Positions 8,556-17,066 of a DNA stretch of 64,000 bases are shown piece by piece (the stretch's first letter is position 1; every line of letters starts with the position of its first letter). Both the position numbers and the translations under genes were made by a program. The notes under the pieces are model-generated. The model had not been told where the DNA came from, did not search any database, and saw nothing but the letters and a program-made list of their open reading frames with translations. This DNA comes from a virus. The stretch lies in the IMG/VR virus record IMGVR_UViG_3300012663_001306, positions 1 to 64,000 of that record; one strand, given 5' to 3'.

Positions 8556-9771
8556 TTTTCTTATCAAAGATTAATGTTGCCGGATTTCCTTCTACTGCCG
8601 ATTTACTTATAATAATTTTAGTTAGGCCTCTTTCAACAAGATTGATAGCATCAAATTGATATGGAAGAAGTGTATTTTCTAAGATATTTTTTAATCCACG
8701 AGCATTGGTTTTTAATTCCTTAGCTTTTTCAGCTATTGATAAAAACGCATCATTGTCAAAACATAGATCAATGCCGTCTAGTTCAAACAGATATTTGTAC
8801 TGTGCTACTAAACTGTTCTTTGGTTCTTTTAGAATTTGCACTAATTGTTCTGTAGTTAATTCGTCAACATTAGTAATTATGCCAAAGCGCCCTACAAACT
8901 CCGGAATCATACCGTAAGTGATCAAATCTTTTGTATTAACCTGACTGTAATATTCTGAAGATTGGGTAGGACTAGTTACCTTGCCGCCAAAACCTATACC
9001 GTTGGAATCTTTCCTACGTTGTATAATCTTATCTAATCCTACAAATGCACCGCCACAAATAAACAAGATACCCCTAGTATCAATCTCTGTCATATCGCCT
9101 TTAGGGTGTTTGCGCTTTTCTCCAGCCGGTACACGCATTACTGTACCTTCTATCATTTTTAATAAGCCTTGTTGCACACCTTCTCCGCTAACATCGCGGG
9201 TAATGCTCATGCTTTCGCCTTTACGTGCTAACTTATCGATTTCGTCAATATATACAATGCCACGTTGTGCTTTCTCAACATCGCCGTCTGCGGAGGAAAT
9301 TAGTCTAATTAAAATACTCTCTACATCATCGCCTACATATCCAGCTTCGGTGATACCAGTAGCATCACATATTGCAAAAGGTATTTTAAGATATTCTGCT
9401 AGCTTTCGAGCTAGGAAAGTCTTACCGCATCCAGTTGGGCCCAACAATAATACGTTGGTCTTTTCTAAATCTATATCTTTGTTTGGATGATTTATACGTT
9501 TGAAATGCTGACAAACTGCTACACTCATAGCAATCTTGGCATTGTCTTGTCCAACGATATAATCGTCTATAAATTCTTTAATTTTTACAGGGTTATAAAG
9601 TGACTTTGTTTCGTCGTTTGGAAACTGCTTTACTTTTTCGTCTTTTAAGATATCTACACAGAGGTCAACACAGTCATTACAAATTGCACTATTTTCACTG
9701 ACTATTAGTTTTTCAACATCTTGTTTACTCTTGCCGCAAAAATCGCAGTGATGTTCGTTATTATTTTTCAC
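8536..9771 (-). CDS. clpX: ATP-dependent Clp protease ATP-binding subunit ClpX
   Basis: C4 zinc finger (CDFC...CNDC), GPTGCGKT, GYVGDDVE, RDVSGEGVQQ, RKH, IGF loop. Confidence 0.95.
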   Translation of the reverse strand: MKNNNEHHCDFCGKSKQDVEKLIVSENSAICNDCVDLCVDILKDEKVKQFPNDETKSLYNPVKIKEFIDDYIVGQDNAKIAMSVAVCQHFKRINHPNKDIDLEKTNVLLLGPTGCGKTFLARKLAEYLKIPFAICDATGITEAGYVGDDVESILIRLISSADGDVEKAQRGIVYIDEIDKLARKGESMSITRDVSGEGVQQGLLKMIEGTVMRVPAGEKRKHPKGDMTEIDTRGILFICGGAFVGLDKIIQRRKDSNGIGFGGKVTSPTQSSEYYSQVNTKDLITYGMIPEFVGRFGIITNVDELTTEQLVQILKEPKNSLVAQYKYLFELDGIDLCFDNDAFLSIAEKAKELKTNARGLKNILENTLLPYQFDAINLVERGLTKIIISKSAVEGNPATLIFDKKNDKKQS

Positions 9772-10153
9772 CTAGAACTCTTTCTAAAAAGTCCTTGACA
9801 CTAGTAATGCGATTTTGATTAATATGGCTGAATACGGCAACTTTATTTTTATTGTCTGTTGAATAAAACACTGAGGGTTTACCTAACAGATAACCAGAAA
9901 GTAGTTCAGTCATCTCGCTTGTGTTATCAAGGTTAATATACTTATGACTTGACGAGGCCATGGCATGTAAAAACCAAATCACATTTTGTTCGTGTTGAAT
10001 AAAATATATGTTAACATCTAGATCGCGGTCGATCTCAGCTAAACATTGTGTGGCTTCGTCTTGTTGTTCTTCTGTTAGATTTATTAAAAATATTCCAGGG
10101 TTGTCATTTTGGAATATATCAGGTGGGGTTATTAGTGTTATTGATAGACTCAT
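9761..10153 (-). CDS. Hypothetical protein
   Basis: ORF coupled to its neighbours. Confidence 0.65.
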   Translation of the reverse strand: MSLSITLITPPDIFQNDNPGIFLINLTEEQQDEATQCLAEIDRDLDVNIYFIQHEQNVIWFLHAMASSSHKYINLDNTSEMTELLSGYLLGKPSVFYSTDNKNKVAVFSHINQNRITSVKDFLERVLGEK

Positions 10154-11504
10154 TTTTTATATTTTGTTCTGCTTTGGTTCTATACTCTTGTTCAGTGATA
10201 ACTTTGTTCCATTGACCACTTTCACGTTGTTCTTCGTTCTGTACATAGTTAGCAACAATGTGCTTAGGTCCATGTATGGCTCGAGCGGCACTCATATGCA
10301 TACGTTCGCCATCAATAGTTATGTACTCCTGGCCTGGTGGAATATTATTCCAATCAATCCCTTTGTTGTCATATAGATCTGGATTAGATTCGGACAGTGT
10401 TTCTGTGACAGTGGGCTCCGGGGAGACTACATCAACAACCGGATCTATTGGGCTGTCACCCTCCGCTTTATGCACCATGGGTTCGAGATTCTTAAAATGA
10501 GCAAACGGTTTTGTTAGATACGGATGTTGCTCTAATAAACTCTTTTCCGGAATATTTTCGTCTATCACAGTAGGGTCTTCTATTGTACCACCGGACCCAA
10601 ATCTAGTTTCTAAATCTGCAATAATCTCTTCTTTTAGAGCTTGAACATCAATAGTTGTTTCTTGTTGCTTTTCCTCTTCAGCAGGTAGTTCTTCCACATT
10701 AGTAACATCTACTGCCATGTCTTTTTGTTCGCGGAACCGCTGGAAACTGTACTGACTTGCTAGTAACAAGATAACTGCAAGAGGATCTAGCACAATAACA
10801 ATTAGTATGGTTACCCATATAACAGCTTTCTCTAGAAGATTAGCGTCTGGGTTCTCACCATATAGCAAATGTGCAATATATTTTATTGGGCCAACTTCGG
10901 CTTCTACTTTACGTACTTCTGCTCGAATAGGTGCGGCTTGGTCATTAAGAGTAGCAATAAGCTTCTGGTTGGCTTCAATGTCTTTGGCCAGCGCACTGCG
11001 ATCACGAGACTGAGCTTTGCGTATTGAAACCGCTTTGTCGGCACCTTTTTCATCTTGACTGCGGCCCATGACTTGGTCAACCGCCTCATCCATTTGTTTA
11101 AGTTGCTTGCGGTTGGCATCAATGTTATCTTTTGCAGTCTTAATCTTTTCATCATATATTGCAATCCTACTTTGTACATCGCCGCTTACTAAACTTTGAT
11201 CACTATGTGCTTTGCTTAAGAAACCAAATACACCTAAACTTGTAATTACCATTAGAACAACAATGGCAGGTAGTACATAAGCCTTAAGAAAGAATGGCGA
11301 CCATTCCCAATTTTGTTTGAGCCATATTGTGGCGCTAATTTTGCCAATACCTAATACTACTCCCATAATTACAATGGGAATGATAGCGGCAGGGTAAATG
11401 GCAATTAATCCCATGATGGAGTAGTATTCAGCTACTCCGGAGATTGCTAGTCCACTAAACAGTACTAGATATGCTAATAGTTTGTCATTAAATGTTGGTG
11501 TCAT
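10119..11504 (-). CDS. Membrane protein with coiled-coil region
   Basis: About three N-terminal TM segments, a coiled coil, a further TM segment and an acidic tail. Confidence 0.7.
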   Translation of the reverse strand: MTPTFNDKLLAYLVLFSGLAISGVAEYYSIMGLIAIYPAAIIPIVIMGVVLGIGKISATIWLKQNWEWSPFFLKAYVLPAIVVLMVITSLGVFGFLSKAHSDQSLVSGDVQSRIAIYDEKIKTAKDNIDANRKQLKQMDEAVDQVMGRSQDEKGADKAVSIRKAQSRDRSALAKDIEANQKLIATLNDQAAPIRAEVRKVEAEVGPIKYIAHLLYGENPDANLLEKAVIWVTILIVIVLDPLAVILLLASQYSFQRFREQKDMAVDVTNVEELPAEEEKQQETTIDVQALKEEIIADLETRFGSGGTIEDPTVIDENIPEKSLLEQHPYLTKPFAHFKNLEPMVHKAEGDSPIDPVVDVVSPEPTVTETLSESNPDLYDNKGIDWNNIPPGQEYITIDGERMHMSAARAIHGPKHIVANYVQNEEQRESGQWNKVITEQEYRTKAEQNIKNESINNTNNPT

Positions 11505-11513
11505 AGATAATAT

Positions 11514-11903
11514 TTATCGGCGCATCTTCGATATGTCGATCGCTTCTTCATTACTAAAAACAGGAACAGCATTGCTCTTATGCATAGTAGCAATACCCTT
11601 AACCTTAGTGCCTGTATATACTTTGGCAGGTGCAAGAGTAGCATTTCCCATACCGTCGCCACGACTAGGAATATGTTTAGTACTTCGATCTAACGGAGTA
11701 GGTAACTTGTAAGACAGTGGCTCTGCGGCCATAGCACGTTTACGTTTTTTTTCTTCTTGTTCGACACCTTGCCGTTTTAGAAGGTCTTTCCAAGATTCTT
11801 CCAATTCTCTAGCCTTTCGTGCGTGTTCAGCACTTGCAAATTTACGTTTGGTTTTTTTCTTGCCAGTGGTACTGAGCCACGGACCTTCTAGGTGCATACT
11901 CAT
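11514..11903 (-). CDS. Basic phage hypothetical protein (GIATMHKSNAVP motif)
   Basis: ORF; likely start MSMHLEG at 11903. Confidence 0.65.
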   Translation of the reverse strand: MSMHLEGPWLSTTGKKKTKRKFASAEHARKARELEESWKDLLKRQGVEQEEKKRKRAMAAEPLSYKLPTPLDRSTKHIPSRGDGMGNATLAPAKVYTGTKVKGIATMHKSNAVPVFSNEEAIDISKMRR

Positions 11904-12172
11904 ATAGTATTCCAAGTATTATTTTCCCAGTCCCAATGACGAGAATCGTAAATCATAAAATGAATTCCGTAGCCAAACAGGGCTAATTCAAAATTCAAAC
12001 CTGCATGGTCTGTACGATGTGTAATTTCAAAATGAAAATTAACTACATCTGTACTTTTAAGGATTTCAAATTCCCAGAATTTATGCTTGATTGGCAGGGG
12101 ACCTGACCAACAGCGTACATTCTTAAAATCGTTACCCCAGGGATTTCTAATGTTAAACTGTAACAGTATCAT
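11900..12172 (-). CDS. Hypothetical protein
   Basis: ORF; likely ATG at 12172. Confidence 0.55.
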   Translation of the reverse strand: MILLQFNIRNPWGNDFKNVRCWSGPLPIKHKFWEFEILKSTDVVNFHFEITHRTDHAGLNFELALFGYGIHFMIYDSRHWDWENNTWNTI

Positions 12173-12473
12173 TTTGAGCCACTGGAACCACAACAGGGGT
12201 ACTCAATTGTTTTTGTACAGATTTAGGTAATCCTGTAAATCGAAGGATTGCACCATCCGGAGCAATTTTGAATGATCCGGCTACTACCCAAATTTGGGTA
12301 CCGCCTGCATCAATACCTGCTAACTTGCGTACTACACCGTTAATTAAACCGGATGCAGTATCTTTGCCTCGATTCCAATGATAGGTAGCGGCTTTGCCGT
12401 TCCACATCTGTGTATCGGTTGTATCGTTTTTACAAAATGTTGAAAGATTATCTAGGGTTTGTTGAGCTGACAT
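12153..12473 (-). CDS. Hypothetical protein
   Basis: AAAGGAG SD before ATG at 12473; has its own promoter. Confidence 0.7.
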   Translation of the reverse strand: MSAQQTLDNLSTFCKNDTTDTQMWNGKAATYHWNRGKDTASGLINGVVRKLAGIDAGGTQIWVVAGSFKIAPDGAILRFTGLPKSVQKQLSTPVVVPVAQNDTVTV

Positions 12474-12477
12474 AAGT

Positions 12478-12520
12478 TTCTCCTTTTCATTAGTATACAT
12501 AAAAAGGAGAACTCTGTCAA
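12478..12520 (-). promoter_or_regulatory. sigma70 promoter TTGACA-N17-TATACT embedded in an SD-sequestering inverted repeat
   Basis: -35 at 12520-12515, -10 at 12497-12492; 10-bp inverted repeat 12478-12487/12502-12511. Confidence 0.75.
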
Positions 12521-12536
12521 CTATTGATTTTACCAA

Positions 12537-13733
12537 TTAATCGTATGTTCCCGGAGTTTTACCGGTATCCAAATTGGAAACAGCTACGTTAGTACTCATT
12601 GCGGCCATTGCCATTGGAGATAGTTGTGTTACGGCAGTTTTAACATTTGGATGTAGTGTTTCTTCGTATAAACTCAACATAGTTGGATCTGAAATACTTC
12701 CGTGTTCAGATATTGCCGATCCAACGGCCGCTACAGCGGTTTGCTGTCCTAGCATCATTGCTACATTGGCTTTATCTGCATCTACCCTAGCTTGCACTGC
12801 CGCGGCCGCGGCAACTACTTCGGCCTGTGCGGCCGCCCAAGCGGCTTTCTTGTCTGGATCCACTTCGAATGGAGTAGTAGTTGTACCACCATTACCGTCG
12901 TCAACTGGCGGATTGGCCGCAATTTTTTCAGCTATGTCGTCAAGTACAGCTTGACGTGCTACTTCTTCTTTGACAATTTTTGACTGTAGGGTAGTGGTAA
13001 GATCTTTTTGTACAACTGTTCCTACTAAATCAGTTAAAGTGGGACCATCAGTTATTCTAAGGGCCGATAGTAAAGTAGCTGAACTATTATTGACGTAATT
13101 AAATGCATCAGTTAACTTAAAATTGCTGGGAGTAAAAACTCCTGCATCATCAAAGGTTCCGCCGAGAGATAAATTATCACTCCACGATTTCATGTCATCC
13201 ACAGCTTTGCCAATAACACCGCCCACAGTTCCTGCTGTACTGTTTTTGAATGCATCAGCCGCATTGGTAAATTCTGCAATTAGATCATCATTACCGGAGC
13301 CTGCAAGCTGTGATGCCGCAGATCTCAATGTTCCTTCTGCTCCATTAAATCCTGCCTTAAACATGTCCAATGACTCGCCTATTGGATTGATGAATGTTTC
13401 TTTAATTGTATCAATAAATGAAGTACCGCCGGGTACTAAATCTGTTATTTTACCCACGGCATCTTTTAACCCGGCTAGAGGCTCCTTTAGTGCAGGGTTA
13501 AGTCCGTCAACAAATTTATCAAATCCTGCAGATCCTCCCGCAACTATACTGACACCTGCGGTGACTGCTAATGATACTAGTTCTGTGAACGCCATAGTAC
13601 ACATATCGGCAAAGCTGGCTTTTTTAATAGCAGGTTGTCCGTCTATTTCCATAGATTGACTTGGCATTGTTTTGTGGCCGCCAATCCACTCTTTAATGGC
13701 TGCAATTACTACTGGATAAGGTACACCGGTCAT
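12537..13733 (-). CDS. Ala/Gly-rich hypothetical protein, possibly virion-associated
   Basis: Long ORF with AGGAG SD. Confidence 0.6.
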   Translation of the reverse strand: MTGVPYPVVIAAIKEWIGGHKTMPSQSMEIDGQPAIKKASFADMCTMAFTELVSLAVTAGVSIVAGGSAGFDKFVDGLNPALKEPLAGLKDAVGKITDLVPGGTSFIDTIKETFINPIGESLDMFKAGFNGAEGTLRSAASQLAGSGNDDLIAEFTNAADAFKNSTAGTVGGVIGKAVDDMKSWSDNLSLGGTFDDAGVFTPSNFKLTDAFNYVNNSSATLLSALRITDGPTLTDLVGTVVQKDLTTTLQSKIVKEEVARQAVLDDIAEKIAANPPVDDGNGGTTTTPFEVDPDKKAAWAAAQAEVVAAAAAVQARVDADKANVAMMLGQQTAVAAVGSAISEHGSISDPTMLSLYEETLHPNVKTAVTQLSPMAMAAMSTNVAVSNLDTGKTPGTYD

Positions 13734-13746
13734 GATTATTCTCCTA

Positions 13747-14034
13747 TTAGCTTAATGCAATGCCGGTAGTTCCTTGAAGATATTGATCTGCCGCGTCTTT
13801 CTTACTAGGAACCATGGCAAAGACATGATTTCTGTTTAATACTATTGTATCTTTGTCTCCGAGTAATACCCACGGTACCATGCCCAACCCGCCACCTTGC
13901 ATAGTTAATGCTAGTGGACGATTGATAGTAATACCATTAGTATCATCTTTTTCTAAACGTGCAATTAATTCATCACCGTTTATTAATTTTATACTGACTA
14001 CATCGCCTTCGGCAACTGGTTTTTGAATTAACAT
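13747..14034 (-). CDS. Small phage protein, possible Sm-like fold
   Basis: VVSIKLINGDELIARL pattern. Confidence 0.55.
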   Translation of the reverse strand: MLIQKPVAEGDVVSIKLINGDELIARLEKDDTNGITINRPLALTMQGGGLGMVPWVLLGDKDTIVLNRNHVFAMVPSKKDAADQYLQGTTGIALS

Positions 14035-14042
14035 TTTATTCC

Positions 14043-14432
14043 TTATAGTTCGCCACTTTGGGCTAATTTTAGCATCAAGCTATATTGCTCGTATGCTTTT
14101 CGTACTGCTGTGTATTTGTTTTTCAAATACTTTTCTTGTTCTTTTTGTTCCATTAACACTTCAAACATATTGTAGTGTCCTTGCTGGCGCATGTTGTTAA
14201 ACACTTGGCTTTCAAAATCAGCTATTTTTTGTAATTCAGATTCTGAGATTTCAACAGTGTATAGTGTTTCTGTTTCCATTCGTTGTTCAGTAAAATAATC
14301 GTTTAATAGATTGTAATCGTTACTACATTCAAAGAACTTTGTATTCATTCTTGTGAATTTATGAGCACGTTTTCTATCATCTAAGACATTGATACTGTGT
14401 GCTTGTACGAACTCTTTTGTTGTCTCATTCAT
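14043..14432 (-). CDS. Hypothetical protein
   Basis: ORF in operon. Confidence 0.6.
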   Translation of the reverse strand: MNETTKEFVQAHSINVLDDRKRAHKFTRMNTKFFECSNDYNLLNDYFTEQRMETETLYTVEISESELQKIADFESQVFNNMRQQGHYNMFEVLMEQKEQEKYLKNKYTAVRKAYEQYSLMLKLAQSGEL

Positions 14433-14434
14433 AT

Positions 14435-14599
14435 CTATCTCTTGTTTAATACAGATGCTATTTGAGTTACTTCTGACTTTCTTCTAGAGTTTTCTCTCTC
14501 CAGATAATTTACTCGGCGTGTGAGATCACTAACCTGTTGCGTTAATTGCTGTAGATATCGCTCTAGTTGAGCTATCTTAGGATCACTTGTCGGAGTTGT
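14435..14599 (-). CDS. Small coiled-coil protein
   Basis: Heptad pattern; fills the gap between neighbours; start approximate. Confidence 0.5.
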   Translation of the reverse strand, partial: TTPTSDPKIAQLERYLQQLTQQVSDLTRRVNYLERENSRRKSEVTQIASVLNKR

Positions 14600-15089
14600 C
14601 ATCAAAGTCGTCGCCAATTAATTTTTCCATTAACTTGTAATGATCATATGCTTTTTTCAAGGCTGCAAACTTCTTTAGTTTTTCTGGATCTGGTTCTGAA
14701 AGAATAGCAAGTCTATCTTCGATCTTTTCTAACAACTTGCCCAAGCTACGTCCTTTCCATTTTATATCACCTTCAAAATCTGCATCACCTTGAACAGAAA
14801 GACCCGGATTAAAGTTATTGCTAAAATTAATACTACCAACACTGCCAATAGTGCCATATGAATAATTGTTGGCTGTTGAATTTGTGGTAAATGTTCCACT
14901 TCCGCCAACAGCCCCACCGTGACCGTGTGGATTAGTAGTAGGGTAGGCTGTATTAATTGTATATACAGGTGCGCTACTCCACATGTTTGTATTTGCGGTA
15001 ATATTATCGTATGAAAGATCTGTATCACTTAAATCTATAGATAATGTATCCATAGAATCTAATGTAATATCTTCAGATTGCTGATTCAT
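14583..15089 (-). CDS. Hypothetical protein
   Basis: ORF with GGAG SD. Confidence 0.6.
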   Translation of the reverse strand: MNQQSEDITLDSMDTLSIDLSDTDLSYDNITANTNMWSSAPVYTINTAYPTTNPHGHGGAVGGSGTFTTNSTANNYSYGTIGSVGSINFSNNFNPGLSVQGDADFEGDIKWKGRSLGKLLEKIEDRLAILSEPDPEKLKKFAALKKAYDHYKLMEKLIGDDFDDNSDK

Positions 15090-15306
15090 TTAGAAACTCC
15101 TTTAATTCAGTAAAGCCACCTACTAACTTTTCTTCAATAAAAATTTGAGGAACTGTTCTAGCAGTTGGCACTGCTTCTAACAATTCTTCTTTGGTATATC
15201 CGTCACCAATTTTCTTTTCTTCAATCACATATCCTTTTTGCTTTAGCAACGCCTTAGCTTGATCACAATAGGGGCAGTGATATTTGCTCCATACAATGGC
15301 TTTCAT
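15073..15306 (-). CDS. Glutaredoxin
   Basis: CPYC, TVPQIF, VGGF. Confidence 0.92.
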   Translation of the reverse strand: MKAIVWSKYHCPYCDQAKALLKQKGYVIEEKKIGDGYTKEELLEAVPTARTVPQIFIEEKLVGGFTELKEFLNESAI

Positions 15307-15315
15307 TTTATTTCC

Positions 15316-16416
15316 TTATAGGTCTGGTAATTCATCATAAACTACATTGTCACTCATCACACCAATAATATAGTTAGTTGACTCGGTTTCTTGTAGCGCA
15401 GATTGTTTCTTGTTAATATTCACGTGCTTGTTAAACCACGGAATTGGACTACTGCGAGGATGCTCTTGGGCATACTTGATTCCAATATCTTTTAATCTAA
15501 TAAATGCTGTGTGATCAACGAAGTCTTTTAGAATTGTAGCATTTAGTCCAATTACTGGGCCTAGTTTGAACAAGTAGTCCGCCCAAGATTTTTCTTCTTC
15601 AATAACTGATAGATACATAGCATACACTTCTTCAGCACACTCTTCTTCAATTTTTAAGAAAGTTGGATCGTCTTTAGTAACTTGGTTAATAAGCCAAGCA
15701 GTCCATTCGGTATGCAATAGTTCGTCTTGTAAGATTAAGCTGATAATATTTCCATTACCAATGTAGATCTTATTTTCAACCATTGCCAGGCTCGTAGCAA
15801 ACGATACCATAAAACGTAAAGCTTCTAATGCGTAACTTGCATGTAACGCTAACCAAATAGCTTTTTTGTGTTCGTATTCGTCTACTTCAATGTCTAGCTC
15901 TTTTTTACAATTAAGCACATGAAGGTCTTCGTAGTATTTGCCAATGTTGGCGGCCATTTCTACAATTTCTTTAGTCTCGTGAATCTTATTAAACTCTTCC
16001 TTTGGTACACCATAGACATTACGAATAATGTGACTGTAAGATTTACTGTGAATATTAGTTTCAAAGAAACTCCAATTGCTTACAAGTGCTTCGAGTTCTG
16101 GAATTGAGATAACTGGACTGAATACTTGGTTAGGCGCACGGCCCTGAATGGAATCCAAAGCAGTCTGGCGCAACAGATTAGAAGTAAAAATATGTTTAAC
16201 TGCATCGCTTGCATCCTTATGATCCATTTTGTCTTTGGTAAGACTAATCTCTTCTGGTTGCCAAAAGAAACCTCGTGCTAATTCTTCAAACTTGGCAATC
16301 TTAGGATACTTAACTTCCTCAAAACGTTGGACAGTAACTGGCCCGGCCGGGTCTAAAAACATTAGTCGTTTAAGATAGTTTGTTTGTTTGGTTAGGTTGT
16401 ATTGTGCTTTGCTCAT
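15316..16416 (-). CDS. nrdB: Ribonucleotide reductase class Ia beta subunit
   Basis: FFWQPEE, DSIQGR, ETNIHSKSY, EALRF, DELLH; true start likely MSKAQ at 16416 (ATGA overlap). Confidence 0.95.
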   Translation of the reverse strand: MSKAQYNLTKQTNYLKRLMFLDPAGPVTVQRFEEVKYPKIAKFEELARGFFWQPEEISLTKDKMDHKDASDAVKHIFTSNLLRQTALDSIQGRAPNQVFSPVISIPELEALVSNWSFFETNIHSKSYSHIIRNVYGVPKEEFNKIHETKEIVEMAANIGKYYEDLHVLNCKKELDIEVDEYEHKKAIWLALHASYALEALRFMVSFATSLAMVENKIYIGNGNIISLILQDELLHTEWTAWLINQVTKDDPTFLKIEEECAEEVYAMYLSVIEEEKSWADYLFKLGPVIGLNATILKDFVDHTAFIRLKDIGIKYAQEHPRSSPIPWFNKHVNINKKQSALQETESTNYIIGVMSDNVVYDELPDL

Positions 16417-17066
16417 TTGTATTTCCCTGATGCAAGTACTATCTTGCAAATATGTTCTAATCGTTCGATATGTTCGTAGGCTCGCCATGGTGTTGTGTCA
16501 ATGGCAACTACGCCGTGTCCCTTAATACCTACAATGTCATAGGCAATGTTACCACGATCATCTAGTTCTAACCGATGATGGCACTGGTCTGCAAGCTCTT
16601 GACTGATAGGAGGAACATCTCCTACATTAGGTGCTACTTTTGTATAGCGGTTAAGTTCTGGAAACTGATCACTAATTGTACTCAAATCAATACCGGCATG
16701 CATTGCGGCAATACAATAAGTAGGGTGTACATGAACAACTACTCGCACTTCGCCTTGATGCTGACCCATTTCTTTTTGTAGGCCAAAATGCAATGGAATC
16801 TCTCCACTAGGTTTCAAGCTAGCACTGATGTCAGTGTAAAACTCTTCTTGCCAACCTTTTGTTAAAAATGGCGGAGTTGGATTAGTATGATTAACTAGTT
16901 TAATTTTCTTAAACTGATCTGGCTGTAGAGTTTGCTTACGTACACCGCTCGGTGTAATGTAAAAGTGGTCACGGTCGTGGTGACGAATACTTACATTGCC
17001 GTCGCGGCTTGTAATCCAATTACGCTTGTAAGCGTCTACCATTATGTCACAGATAGTTTCTAACAT
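16413..17066 (-). CDS. Class II aldolase/adducin-family protein
   Basis: RDGNVS, ITPSG, PSGE..LH, HVHP, GHGV. Confidence 0.85.
   Translation of the reverse strand: MLETICDIMVDAYKRNWITSRDGNVSIRHHDRDHFYITPSGVRKQTLQPDQFKKIKLVNHTNPTPPFLTKGWQEEFYTDISASLKPSGEIPLHFGLQKEMGQHQGEVRVVVHVHPTYCIAAMHAGIDLSTISDQFPELNRYTKVAPNVGDVPPISQELADQCHHRLELDDRGNIAYDIVGIKGHGVVAIDTTPWRAYEHIERLEHICKIVLASGKYK

Noticed and set aside
16417-16488. N-terminal extension of nrdB in the ORF track (likewise track starts at 40000, 41097, 37980, 12536 and 63663)
   Set aside because: Downstream ATGs have SD or stop-start coupling and match the expected N-termini; 63663 is an internal TTG of an ORF that runs off the window
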